Made by a program: the position numbers and the translations under genes. The notes below the pieces were generated by a model. The model had not been told where the DNA came from, did no database searches, and saw only the letters and a program-made list of their open reading frames with translations. A stretch of 64,000 nt of DNA from contig CAKNOI010000005.1 in NCBI GenBank assembly GCA_930990125.1, positions 1,738-65,737 of the forward strand, written 5' to 3'. This document shows positions 1 through 10,920 of the stretch, one piece after another (position 1 is the stretch's first letter; each line of letters begins with the position of its first letter). The stretch is from an uncultured Clostridiaceae bacterium (GTDB taxonomy: Bacteria; Bacillota; Clostridia; TANB77; CAG-508).

Positions 1-203
1 ACTGTCGTTATTTTGGTAGCATCATAATAGGTCTTGGCTTTAATATAGGCATTTTCTATAGCATTGCTTCCGCTTTCTTCAGGATGAAGGTCCAGTCCTA
101 TATCTTTTAGTGTGACAATTTCTATGTTATTATCTTGTAACTTTTGAGCAAATTTTTTAACCTTTGCTGGATTAGTTGTTGCAAATAAAACTTTCATTTC
201 CAT
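1..203 (-). CDS. RdgB/HAM1-family non-canonical purine NTP pyrophosphatase, N-terminal part (gene runs off the window start)
   Basis: Reverse translation from ATG at 203 gives MEMKVLFATTNPAKVKKFAQKLQDNNIEIVTLKDIGLDLHPEE..., which has the ATxNxxK N-terminal signature of ITPase/RdgB proteins. GAGGAGGAT SD lies directly upstream on the minus strand. Confidence 0.6.
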   Translation of the reverse strand, partial: MEMKVLFATTNPAKVKKFAQKLQDNNIEIVTLKDIGLDLHPEESGSNAIENAYIKAKTYYDATKITT

Positions 204-333
204 ATCCTCCTCGTATAACGAATTGTACAGATTATACCATGAAAATAGGAAATAATCTATAGAAAATAGCAATCTACAATTTTTAATTAAGAGAAAGAAT
301 TAGTGGTAATTTGCAATTAAACAGTAACAATAG

Positions 334-362
334 TTGATTTCTAATAATGTTTATGTTATAGT
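334..362 (+). promoter_or_regulatory. sigma-A type promoter for the radical SAM operon
   Basis: TTGATT (334-339), 17-nt spacer, TATAGT (357-362), about 45 nt upstream of the ATG at 409. Confidence 0.5.
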
Positions 363-408
363 CTATGATAGATGAGAAAAAAAGAAAATAGAATTGGGAA
401 GAAAAGTT

Positions 409-1506
409 ATGATAAAAGAAATTATGAAATATGGAAAAGCGGAACTTGCCTATAAGAATAAGCAAATATTATCACAAAAGCCAGAATTATTTAATTTATT
501 TTGGGAAACGACACTAAGATGCAATGCAAAATGTAAACATTGCGGTAGTAGAGCAGGGGAAAACATTAATCTGCAAGAAGAATTGTCTACAGAGGAAATA
601 AAAAATGTTTTTCAAAGTATTGCTAACAAATATGATGCAAGTAAAATCTTGATAAGTGTAACAGGAGGAGAGCCTTTAATAAGACAAGATCTTTTTGAAG
701 TAATGAAATTTGCTAATCAATTAGGCTACCACTGGGGAATGACAACAAATGGAATACTAATAAATGATGTTGTAATTTCCAAAATGAAGGAAGCGGGTAT
801 GACAACCATTTCCATTAGTCTAGATGGATTAGAACAATCGCACGATGCCTTTAGAGGGGTAAAATCTTTTGGGAAAATTATAGAAAATGTAAAAAAGCTA
901 AAAGAAGCTAAGTTCTTAAATTATTTGCAAATTACAACAGTGGTAAATAAAAGTAACATAAATGAGCTAGAAGAAATGTATCAGAAGATGGCTGAGCTAG
1001 GTATTGATTCTTGGAGAATTTTAAATATGGATCCTATAGGAAGAGCAGAAGATAATCAAGAGTTAGCTTTGGATAAGGAAGATTATATCCACCTTATCAA
1101 GTTCATACAAGAAAAAAGAAAGAAATCAAACTTTGATGTAACGTATGGCTGTACTCACTTTTTAGGCATGAAATTTGAAAACGAAGTAAGAAATTTTAGT
1201 TTCTTTTGTATGAGTGGTTTTACAGTAGGAAGCATCTTATATAACGGTGATATTTATGTATGCCCTAGTGTAGAAAGAAGAAAAGAGTTAATACAAGGAA
1301 ATATAAGAACAGATGATTTTGTTGATGTTTGGGAAAATAAATTTAAATGGTTTAGAAATTTAGATAAATTCAAATGCAAAGAATGTGAAAATTGTAAAGA
1401 TTGGAAATATTGCAGAGGAGATTCTTTAGATACTTGGGATTTTAATAATAATAGACCAAAATTATGTTTAACAAAAATATTGGAAGGGGATAAAACAGAT
1501 GAATAA
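409..1506 (+). CDS. radical SAM protein with C-terminal SPASM/twitch-like Cys-rich domain
   Basis: CNAKCKHC (CX3CX2C) about 38 aa from the N-terminus and a GGEPL SAM-binding motif. C-terminal Cys pattern: C-x17-C with GDIYVC, then CKECENCKDWKYC, then a later Cys. The ORF track starts at TTG 394; the in-frame ATG at 409 is preferred. Confidence 0.85.
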   Translation: MIKEIMKYGKAELAYKNKQILSQKPELFNLFWETTLRCNAKCKHCGSRAGENINLQEELSTEEIKNVFQSIANKYDASKILISVTGGEPLIRQDLFEVMKFANQLGYHWGMTTNGILINDVVISKMKEAGMTTISISLDGLEQSHDAFRGVKSFGKIIENVKKLKEAKFLNYLQITTVVNKSNINELEEMYQKMAELGIDSWRILNMDPIGRAEDNQELALDKEDYIHLIKFIQEKRKKSNFDVTYGCTHFLGMKFENEVRNFSFFCMSGFTVGSILYNGDIYVCPSVERRKELIQGNIRTDDFVDVWENKFKWFRNLDKFKCKECENCKDWKYCRGDSLDTWDFNNNRPKLCLTKILEGDKTDE

Positions 1507-1816
1507 AGTAAAAAAGGTAGTTACTAGTTTGGGAGTATTTTTTACAGGAATCATATCAAAGGTATTTGCAGCGAACTTAGATGCAACAATAGTACCAGGG
1601 CCAATGGCAAAATATGGGGTATATGAACCTACTTTGGGAGAAAAAATATCATCAGCGGGGAAAATAGTAATTCCTATTCTGATTTTTTTGATTGGATTAG
1701 GAGTAATTTTAAGTAAAAAAATTACAAAAAAAGTGAAAGCGGTCATACTATCTGGATTAGTTATATTGGGGGTAGCTCTCTATTTTGTGATGAATTATAT
1801 AGCAAATAACTTTTAA
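1499..1816 (+). CDS. small secreted/membrane-anchored hypothetical protein (signal peptide plus 2 TM helices)
   Basis: 105-aa ORF whose ATG overlaps the radical SAM stop by 8 nt. Strong SD GGAAGGGGA 8 nt upstream. N-terminal hydrophobic signal ending KVFA/AN, a Cys-free ~35-aa segment, then two hydrophobic helices. Confidence 0.65.
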   Translation: MNKVKKVVTSLGVFFTGIISKVFAANLDATIVPGPMAKYGVYEPTLGEKISSAGKIVIPILIFLIGLGVILSKKITKKVKAVILSGLVILGVALYFVMNYIANNF

Positions 1817-1885
1817 AAATGAAAGATAGATACTTATTCAATTTTATAGTTCATATAAAGTGTTCTACCAGAATACAGAAGGTTA

Positions 1886-1931
1886 GCAAGCAGTAAATAA
1901 TAGTATATATTATTCTTACTGCTTGTTTTTC
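1886..1931 (+). terminator. Rho-independent terminator
   Basis: GCAAGCAGTAA ... TTACTGCTTG stem followed by TTTTT. Confidence 0.75.
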
Positions 1932-1946
1932 GTTAAAAGAAAATAC

Positions 1947-1974
1947 TTGAAAAATCTGCATAACATGATATAAT
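1947..1974 (+). promoter_or_regulatory. sigma-A type promoter (extended -10)
   Basis: TTGAAA (1947-1952), 16-nt spacer, TGATATAAT with TATAAT at 1969-1974. Confidence 0.55.
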
Positions 1975-2002
1975 AGAAATATTAAAAAATAAGGAGAAAA
2001 GA

Positions 2003-2491
2003 ATGGAAATTAGAAAAACAAAACCAGAAGAATTACAAGATATTTTACCTATATTTGAAATAGCAAAGGCGTTTATGGTAAAAACGGGAAATCCAAACCA
2101 ATGGACAGCTACGTATCCTAGTACAGAAATGATAGAAAAAGATATTGCAAATGGTGAGTCTTATGTATGTGTGCAAGAGGGAGAAATTGTAGCTACTTTT
2201 GCGTATTCAGAAGCGGGAGAGGAAACTTACCGCAGTATTGATGGTAAATGGCTAAATGATAAGCCGTATGGTGTTATTCACAGAGTAGCATCTTCTGGCA
2301 AGGTAAAAGGGATTTTTTCTTGTATTGCAGAGTGGGCATGGAAGCAAAATAAAAATCTAAAAATAGATACTCACCGCGATAATAAAGTAATGCAAAGGGT
2401 TATTTTAAAAAATGAGTTTACCTATTGCGGTATTATTCATTTAAAGAACGGTGAGGAACGATTGGCATATCAAAAGGCAGAAAAAGAATAG
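2003..2491 (+). CDS. GNAT family N-acetyltransferase
   Basis: 162 aa, GGAGAA SD, overall GNAT-like layout (EGEIVATFAY ... HRVASSGKVKGIF ... AW). Confidence 0.7.
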   Translation: MEIRKTKPEELQDILPIFEIAKAFMVKTGNPNQWTATYPSTEMIEKDIANGESYVCVQEGEIVATFAYSEAGEETYRSIDGKWLNDKPYGVIHRVASSGKVKGIFSCIAEWAWKQNKNLKIDTHRDNKVMQRVILKNEFTYCGIIHLKNGEERLAYQKAEKE

Positions 2492-2503
2492 GAGAGAGAA
2501 AAA

Positions 2504-3409
2504 ATGGGTTTTTTGGATAAATTAAAACAAGGGTTAAGTAAAACCAAAAATTCTTTTAATGAGAAGTTAAATGATGTTTTTAGTAATTTTAGAAAAGTGG
2601 ATGAAGAATTACTAGAAGAATTAGAGGAAGTCCTTATCATGTCTGATGTGGGAGTAGAAACCTCTACCAAAATTATTGCAAATTTAAGAGAGAGAATTAA
2701 AAAGGAAAAAATAGAAGAGGAAGAACAAGTAAAAAATGCGCTAAGAGAAGAAATGGAACATATTTTAGATGCTGTAGATAATGCACTACAACTAAATACG
2801 AAACCTTCTGTTATTTTAGTAGTAGGAGTAAATGGCGTAGGGAAAACTACTTCTATTGGTAAAATTGCCAACCGCTTGCGTATGGATGGAAAAAAAGTAG
2901 TAATTGCAGCAGCAGATACATTCCGTGCCGCAGCAGTAGAACAGCTAGAAATTTGGGCAAACCGTGCAGGTTGTGATATGGTAAAAAAAGAAGAAGGAAC
3001 CGACCCTGCTTCTGTAGTGTTTGATGCTATTAAAATGACAAAGGAAAAAGGTGCAGATGTACTTATTTGTGATACAGCAGGAAGATTACATAACAAAAAG
3101 TATTTGATGGACGAGCTTATCAAAATAAAAAAGGTAATTGACAAAGAATTACCAGATGCTAATAAAGAAATACTAGTAGTACTAGATGCTACAACAGGAC
3201 AAAATGCTATTAGCCAAGTAAAAGCATTTAAAGAAACTGTACAAATTACTGGTATTGTACTTACTAAGTTAGATGGTACTGCTAAAGGTGGAGTAGTACT
3301 AGGAATTGTAGAGGAAAACCATATTCCAATTAAATTTATTGGAGTAGGAGAGCAAATAGAAGATATGGAAATTTTTAATAGCAAAGATTTTGTAAAAGCA
3401 ATTATTTAA
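2504..3409 (+). CDS. ftsY: signal recognition particle receptor FtsY
   Basis: SRP-GTPase motifs GVNGVGKTTSIGK, DTAGRLH, TKLDGTAKGG. Short (301 aa) Gram-positive form. Confidence 0.95.
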   Translation: MGFLDKLKQGLSKTKNSFNEKLNDVFSNFRKVDEELLEELEEVLIMSDVGVETSTKIIANLRERIKKEKIEEEEQVKNALREEMEHILDAVDNALQLNTKPSVILVVGVNGVGKTTSIGKIANRLRMDGKKVVIAAADTFRAAAVEQLEIWANRAGCDMVKKEEGTDPASVVFDAIKMTKEKGADVLICDTAGRLHNKKYLMDELIKIKKVIDKELPDANKEILVVLDATTGQNAISQVKAFKETVQITGIVLTKLDGTAKGGVVLGIVEENHIPIKFIGVGEQIEDMEIFNSKDFVKAII

Positions 3410-3422
3410 AAAGGAGGAAACA

Positions 3423-6275
3423 ATGGAGCAAGAAAAAAGCACAAAAACTGTTACAACAGACAAAAAAGTAGAAGCACCAAAGAAAAGTAAGATAAGAATG
3501 ATTGTTGTCATTGCCTTTTTAATAGTTTTTGCCCTTGCCACTTTTATTTCCTTAAGAGGAAGTTATTTAGAAACATTAGAAATAGGAGAAAACTATCTAG
3601 AGGTATTTTGGAAAAATGTACGATACAAATATGTTACAATGGCAGTAGTTTTTTTACTTTTGTTTTTGGTTCTCTATCTTACCAATAGAAGTATCAAAAA
3701 AGGATTAAAAAACTTTTTTGAACAAGAAAAAAAGGAAATGCCAAAATTACCGAATAAATCTATTTCTCTTATTTTAGGGGCTATTATTAGTGTGCTGGTA
3801 GCAGGTCCACTTTCTAAACAATTAATGCTAATGTTTAATAATGCATGGTTTGGAAGTACAGACCCTATTTTTGACATGGATATTGGATATTATATTTTCC
3901 AAAAACCGTTTATAGAAACTGTTTTATGGGGATTACTGGCATTAGTAATAGGACTTACTATTTATACTGTTATCTATTATATTATTGTTTTTAATTATTG
4001 CTTTGATGGAATTGACAGACAAACCCTAAGGAAGAGTAAGTTTATTAAACAAATTACAAGAAACATAAAAATTGTAGTTATTATAATTGCATGTATTACA
4101 CTTGTTAAAACACAAGATATCCTAACACAAAAGTTCTTGAAATTAGAAGATGGCTATGAGTTATATGGAGCCGGTATAACAGATGTTAGTATTAAATTAT
4201 GGGGATACCGTATTTTAAGTGTTGTTATGGTTGCCTCTGTTTTTGTAGCAATTCACTTCTTTTACCAAGAAAAGACAAAGAAGGTAATACTTTCTATTTT
4301 AGTAGTTCCTACTTATTTAATAGGAATGACAGTTATTATGCTTATCTTCCAAGTAGGCTATGTAAATGGAAACGAGCTAGATAGGCAAAAACATTATATT
4401 TCCAAAAATATAGAATTTACACAAAATGCATATGGGGTAAATGTAGAAGAAATTACTTTAGAACATTCTGGAACCATTACTTCTAATGAAGTAGCGGAAT
4501 ATCAAAACGTTATTCATAACATTGCTATTGTAGATGAAAATGCATTATTAAAAGAGCTACAATCCGCACAAACTAGTAAGGGGTATTATACTTTCCGAGA
4601 TGCTAGTATTGCTAATTATAGTATTAATGGCAAAAATTCTTTAGTATATCTAACTCCAAGGGAAATTATTAGTAATGAGGATAATAGAACTTATAACAAT
4701 AAAACATATGAGTATACACATGGCTTTGGAGCGATTGTAAGTTCTGCTACTTCAGTTTCTGAAACAGGAGCAGCCGACTATATTCAAACAGGATTTCAGG
4801 ATAACAATCAAGCAATTACCATTACAGAACCAAGAATTTATTTTGGATTAGAAACCAACAATACGGTGGTTACTAATAGCAAAAATAAAGCAGAGTTTGA
4901 TTATCCAATCTTGACTTCTAATACCGCAGAAAATGCAGAAAATACATATCAAGGAGAAGCGGGATTAACCTTAAACTTTGTAGATAGACTTATTTTGGCA
5001 ATAAAAGAAGGAGACCTAAACTTAGCACTTTCTAGTAATGTAACCAATGATAGTAAAATTTTAACCAATCGTAACATTATAGAAAGAGCAAAAAAAGTAA
5101 TGCCATATTTAATTTACGACGAAAATCCATACTTAGTTGTTAATAACGAAGGAAAACTAATATGGGTATTGGATGCTTATACAACAACGAATTACTATCC
5201 ATATTCACAAAAAAGTGATATAGAAGTAGATGGTGTAAAACAAGAAATTAACTATATTCGCAATTCTGTAAAAGTATTAATAGATGCTTACAATGGTACC
5301 ATAGAATTTTATATTACCGATAGAACAGACCCTATTGTAATGGCATATAATAATATTTTTAAAGGATTATTTACCGAAAAAGAAATTCCACAGGATATTA
5401 GTAAACACTTTGTTTATCCAGAGTTTTTATTTAATATTCAAGCCGAAATTCTAAACAGATATCATAAAGTACAACCAGATGTATTATACCGTGCGGATGA
5501 TGTATGGAATATAGGAACACACAAAGCTGGAAATTCTTCTACTATTACCAAAACAGAAATGCAAGCTTATTATACAATGGTAAGAAATGAGGATGGAAAA
5601 GACGAGATTGGATTAATGAATGTATATACCCCATATGAGAAGCAAAATTTAATTGCTTATGTGGTGGGAACACACGAAGGCTCACAAACAGGAACATTAA
5701 AAGTATATAAATTCTTATCCGATAACAATATTCTAGGTCCGATGCAATTGGATACACAAATAGAACAAGATGAAACAATTGCAGAACAATTAGAAGCAAT
5801 TAATGTAACAGGAACAAGAATTAGTAAAAATATGTTGGTAATACCAATTGCCAATACCGTTCTTTATGTAGAACCTATTTATCAAGTATATCTCAATGAA
5901 AAAGAACAAAGTAATATACCTTTGCTTAAAAAAGTTATTGTAGCATCTGGTAATAAAGTAGCAATAGGAGATACTCTTCGCGAATCACTAAACAATTTAC
6001 TTTCACAATATGCGGTAGATATTGAGGTGGAAAATACAGAAGATATTGATGGACTTATTGATGCTATTATTAAAGCAAATACCAATCTAAAGAATTCTAG
6101 TAGCAATAATGATTGGGAAATGATAGGAAAAGACTTAAGCAAATTGCAAGACTTAATTAATAAACTAGAAGAAACGGTAGAAGAAAGAACAGCAGAAGAA
6201 AATATGTCAACAACCACAGAAAGTACTTCTACCAATACAGTAGAACAAGAAGAAAATAGTATAGATTTTCCATAA
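3423..6275 (+). CDS. UPF0182 family large membrane protein
   Basis: 950 aa with about 7 N-terminal TM helices followed by a large soluble domain. Length and layout are typical of UPF0182/COG1615 proteins. Confidence 0.75.
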   Translation: MEQEKSTKTVTTDKKVEAPKKSKIRMIVVIAFLIVFALATFISLRGSYLETLEIGENYLEVFWKNVRYKYVTMAVVFLLLFLVLYLTNRSIKKGLKNFFEQEKKEMPKLPNKSISLILGAIISVLVAGPLSKQLMLMFNNAWFGSTDPIFDMDIGYYIFQKPFIETVLWGLLALVIGLTIYTVIYYIIVFNYCFDGIDRQTLRKSKFIKQITRNIKIVVIIIACITLVKTQDILTQKFLKLEDGYELYGAGITDVSIKLWGYRILSVVMVASVFVAIHFFYQEKTKKVILSILVVPTYLIGMTVIMLIFQVGYVNGNELDRQKHYISKNIEFTQNAYGVNVEEITLEHSGTITSNEVAEYQNVIHNIAIVDENALLKELQSAQTSKGYYTFRDASIANYSINGKNSLVYLTPREIISNEDNRTYNNKTYEYTHGFGAIVSSATSVSETGAADYIQTGFQDNNQAITITEPRIYFGLETNNTVVTNSKNKAEFDYPILTSNTAENAENTYQGEAGLTLNFVDRLILAIKEGDLNLALSSNVTNDSKILTNRNIIERAKKVMPYLIYDENPYLVVNNEGKLIWVLDAYTTTNYYPYSQKSDIEVDGVKQEINYIRNSVKVLIDAYNGTIEFYITDRTDPIVMAYNNIFKGLFTEKEIPQDISKHFVYPEFLFNIQAEILNRYHKVQPDVLYRADDVWNIGTHKAGNSSTITKTEMQAYYTMVRNEDGKDEIGLMNVYTPYEKQNLIAYVVGTHEGSQTGTLKVYKFLSDNNILGPMQLDTQIEQDETIAEQLEAINVTGTRISKNMLVIPIANTVLYVEPIYQVYLNEKEQSNIPLLKKVIVASGNKVAIGDTLRESLNNLLSQYAVDIEVENTEDIDGLIDAIIKANTNLKNSSSNNDWEMIGKDLSKLQDLINKLEETVEERTAEENMSTTTESTSTNTVEQEENSIDFP

Positions 6276-6295
6276 AAATGGTATAAAATCATGAA

Positions 6296-6340
6296 AAACA
6301 AACCACCCTACTAAAAAGAAAGTTTAGGTGGTTTGTTTTG
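6296..6340 (+). terminator. hairpin/terminator whose 3' arm carries the SD and TTG start of the next gene
   Basis: AAACAAACCACC (6296-6307) pairs with GGTGGTTTGTTT (6327-6338), followed by a T-run. Confidence 0.55.
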
Positions 6341-6634
6341 TTTATTCAAAAAAAGAAGAAAGAATTTAATAAATTACAAGAAAGTATTGATAAATTAAAT
6401 AGAACGCTAGAAAGAAAACAAATACTAGAACTAGCTGAACTATTAGGTAATCGTAAAGAGTTATTTTTAAGAAATTTATTTTCTGGAATGTTTAAAGGAA
6501 TTGGAATAGGAATTGGTTTTACTATTTTAACAGCAATCTTATTAATTATATTACAAAAAATTGTAGCACTAAATATTCCGGTTATTGGACAATGGGTGGC
6601 TGACATTATAGATATTGTAAAACAAAGCAGATAA
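6338..6634 (+). CDS. small membrane protein (DUF5665-like)
   Basis: 98 aa. K/E-rich coiled N-terminus, then GIGIGIGFTILTAILLIIL TM segment. SD AGGTGG 6 nt upstream of TTG, and no in-frame ATG upstream. Confidence 0.55.
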   Translation: MFIQKKKKEFNKLQESIDKLNRTLERKQILELAELLGNRKELFLRNLFSGMFKGIGIGIGFTILTAILLIILQKIVALNIPVIGQWVADIIDIVKQSR

Positions 6635-6745
6635 AATAAAAGAAATAGAAAAATTACAGTATTTTTATAAAAAATGTGTTAAATTCTATTTCTTTTTTTT
6701 ATGTTTTTGTATATAATGTATCAGAGAAAAAACTAGGAGGAGAAA

Positions 6746-7339
6746 ATGAATTTACCAAATAAACTAACAATATTTCGAATTATACTAGTAATTGTAATGG
6801 TTGTGCTTTCTTGTTTTAACATACCAGGAGAATTTTTAGGGGTGCCTATTTTGTATTGGCTGTTAGATGCCATTTTTATTATTGCCTCTATTACGGATAA
6901 AATGGATGGCTATCTTGCTAGAAGTAGAAACCAAATTACTACGTTTGGAAAATTTGCAGATCCATTAGCAGATAAAATATTAGTGTTAACGGCAATGCTT
7001 TTATTAGTACAAGATGGAAGATTACCAGCGGTAATTCCTATTATTGTATTAATTCGTGAGTTTGTGGTTTCTGGATACCGTTTAATTGCAGTAGAAAAAG
7101 GTGGAAAAGTAATTGCTGCTAATGTCTGGGGAAAATTAAAAACAGTAACACAAATGCTTGCTATTATCTTAGCATTTGTAGATATTCATGCTTTTGGAGC
7201 TGTTTTTGGTGGAGGATTAACAGGATTTAGCTTTTGGCTAAACTTAGTTTCTACTATTCTTATGACTGTTTCCACTATAGCTACTATTTTTTCCGGTTGG
7301 AGTTATGTAAAAGAAGGAAAAGAGTTATTTCAAGAATAA
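6746..7339 (+). CDS. pgsA: CDP-diacylglycerol--glycerol-3-phosphate 3-phosphatidyltransferase
   Basis: CDP-alcohol phosphatidyltransferase motif DKMDGYLARSRNQITTFGKFADPLADK, multi-TM, AGGAGGAG SD. Confidence 0.9.
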   Translation: MNLPNKLTIFRIILVIVMVVLSCFNIPGEFLGVPILYWLLDAIFIIASITDKMDGYLARSRNQITTFGKFADPLADKILVLTAMLLLVQDGRLPAVIPIIVLIREFVVSGYRLIAVEKGGKVIAANVWGKLKTVTQMLAIILAFVDIHAFGAVFGGGLTGFSFWLNLVSTILMTVSTIATIFSGWSYVKEGKELFQE

Positions 7340-7360
7340 AAACAAAGGAGATTTTTTTTA

Positions 7361-9362
<2,002 letters not shown>

Positions 9363-9371
9363 GGAGAAGAT

Positions 9372-9617
9372 ATGGAAAATTATACATTTGAGCAAATGAA
9401 GGAGCAATTAGACCAAGGGTTTCAAATTTATTTTACATATGTAAAAAACCGTTACTTAGTATTTAAAACAGCAGAAAATTGCTATACCCAACAGCTTATC
9501 TCAGTACATGATAAAAATCCACAACCTAGAATGATGGTGGTTACTTTAAAACGTGTTAAAGAGATGTTCCCGTTTATGGAAGAGATACAGTACAAAGTAG
9601 GAATAGCAGGGGAATAA
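9372..9617 (+). CDS. hypothetical protein (81 aa)
   Basis: Strong SD AAGGAGAAG 4 nt upstream of the ATG, tightly packed after ligA. No recognisable motif. Confidence 0.5.
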   Translation: MENYTFEQMKEQLDQGFQIYFTYVKNRYLVFKTAENCYTQQLISVHDKNPQPRMMVVTLKRVKEMFPFMEEIQYKVGIAGE

Positions 9618-9659
9618 ATAGAAAAATATTTCAATTTAGAATAAAAGAAGGAAACGAGA

Positions 9660-10256
9660 ATGAACAAACAAGAATTAGAAAAAATAAAACAAGAAGCATT
9701 ACAAGAACATATTCCTATTATTATGGATGATACATTAGCCGTAGTAAAAGAAATTTTGGAACAGAAAAAACCAAAAAGCATCCTAGAAATAGGAACAGCA
9801 GTAGGATATTCTGCTATTTGCTTTTCTGAATTTTTAACAGAAGATGGCTTTATTGATACCATAGAAAGAGAAAAAGAAAGAATAGAAGAGGCAAAACGTA
9901 ATGTAAAAAGAGCAGAGGTGGAAGATAAAATTCATTTATATGAAGGAGATGCAGTAGAAATTTTACCTACGTTAAACAAAACTTATGATGTGGTGTTTAT
10001 TGATGCTTCAAAAGGAAAGTATCCGTTCTTTTTAGAACAAGCATTGCGTATGTTAAAAGAAAATGGCGTTATTTTAGCCGATAATGTGCTCTATAAAGGA
10101 TATGTAAGAAGTAGCTATAATAAACATAAGCAAAGAACAGCAGTAAGAAATTTAAGAGAATATCTGCAAAAAGTAGAAGAAAATCCAAGTTTAAAAACTA
10201 CTGTATTGGAAGTAGGAGATGGGCTAGCCATTAGCCAGAAAAAAGAACAAAAGTGA
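9660..10256 (+). CDS. class I SAM-dependent O-methyltransferase (caffeoyl-CoA OMT / YrrM-TrmR family)
   Basis: SAM motif ILEIGTAVGYSA, DVVFIDASK, and length about 200 aa. Confidence 0.8.
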   Translation: MNKQELEKIKQEALQEHIPIIMDDTLAVVKEILEQKKPKSILEIGTAVGYSAICFSEFLTEDGFIDTIEREKERIEEAKRNVKRAEVEDKIHLYEGDAVEILPTLNKTYDVVFIDASKGKYPFFLEQALRMLKENGVILADNVLYKGYVRSSYNKHKQRTAVRNLREYLQKVEENPSLKTTVLEVGDGLAISQKKEQK

Positions 10257-10261
10257 AATAT

Positions 10262-10299
10262 AAAAAAGCTTGTTACAAGATATTGGTAACAAGCTTTTT
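10262..10299. terminator. bidirectional Rho-independent terminator
   Basis: AAAAAGCTTGTTAC ... GTAACAAGCTTTTT, a perfect palindrome with A/T runs on both sides, between convergent genes. Confidence 0.8.
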
Positions 10300-10322
10300 C
10301 GTATACAAAGATACAACAAGGT

Positions 10323-10862
10323 CTACATGACATAGCGAATACAAGAAAGAATAGTATCTACTATAAAAATAACAAATATCATCTTTAATGAAATAGATTG
10401 AACAGTATATGGTATTTTAGAAAGCAATAAGTTTATTTTCTTTTTAAAAAAGGGATGAATGTGGTTTAAAAAGAAAATAGCAATAAATCCCCAAGCAAAT
10501 GTATAAAAAATACTTACTCGCCCATTTAAATTCATAAAATCTTGGGTATAATCCCACCAATGCATAGCAAATAAAGCATCTAATCCAAAACTTACAAGAT
10601 ATTCAAACACCGTAAAAATAATGGCAGCAATGACAAAAAGCTGGATGGAGTTTTTCTTATATTTGCGAAGAAAAATGAGAAGAATTAAGGCACCATATCC
10701 ATAAATAGGGCAAATGGGACCATACAAAAATCCACGATTGGTAAAATGTCCTAAAACAAAAAGACTATATAATGTTTCTAGTAACCAACCTAAAAAAGCA
10801 TAAATAAAAAAGTATAAACAATATATTTCCCATTTACTAAGTCGTATTTTTTCTTCTCTCAT
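10323..10862 (-). CDS. multi-pass membrane protein, putative ABC-transporter type IV (PF06541/DUF1113-like)
   Basis: FIYAFLGWLLETLY...GFLYGPICPIYGYGALIL signature. Start is placed at MREEK (ATG 10862), preceded by a GGAGGAC SD, rather than the ORF-track start at 10916. Confidence 0.65.
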   Translation of the reverse strand: MREEKIRLSKWEIYCLYFFIYAFLGWLLETLYSLFVLGHFTNRGFLYGPICPIYGYGALILLIFLRKYKKNSIQLFVIAAIIFTVFEYLVSFGLDALFAMHWWDYTQDFMNLNGRVSIFYTFAWGFIAIFFLNHIHPFFKKKINLLLSKIPYTVQSISLKMIFVIFIVDTILSCIRYVM

Positions 10863-10920
10863 GATTTTGTCCTCCAATAAATCTATCATATCAAAAAGTA
10901 AGAAAAAATACAACAAAAAT

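Noticed and set aside
1610-1650. EPTLGE followed by a hydrophobic segment and K-rich stretch in the 105-aa protein looked like a sortase sorting signal.
   Set aside because: It does not match LPXTG or the clostridial (S/P)PXTG variants, and a second TM helix follows, which is atypical for sorting signals.
2470-3384. 304-aa ORF on the minus strand, plus many similar long antisense ORFs (e.g. 5882-6301, 8135-8440, 8912-9250, 27993-28424, 28674-29141, 49050-49412, 49449-49769, 60505-60930, 62276-62644, 62954-63346, 63348-63746).
   Set aside because: Each lies entirely antisense to a gene with strong motif support. Their translations are low-complexity S/F/I/L-rich with no SD. They arise because the purine-rich (GAA/AAA) sense strand leaves few stop codons on the complement.
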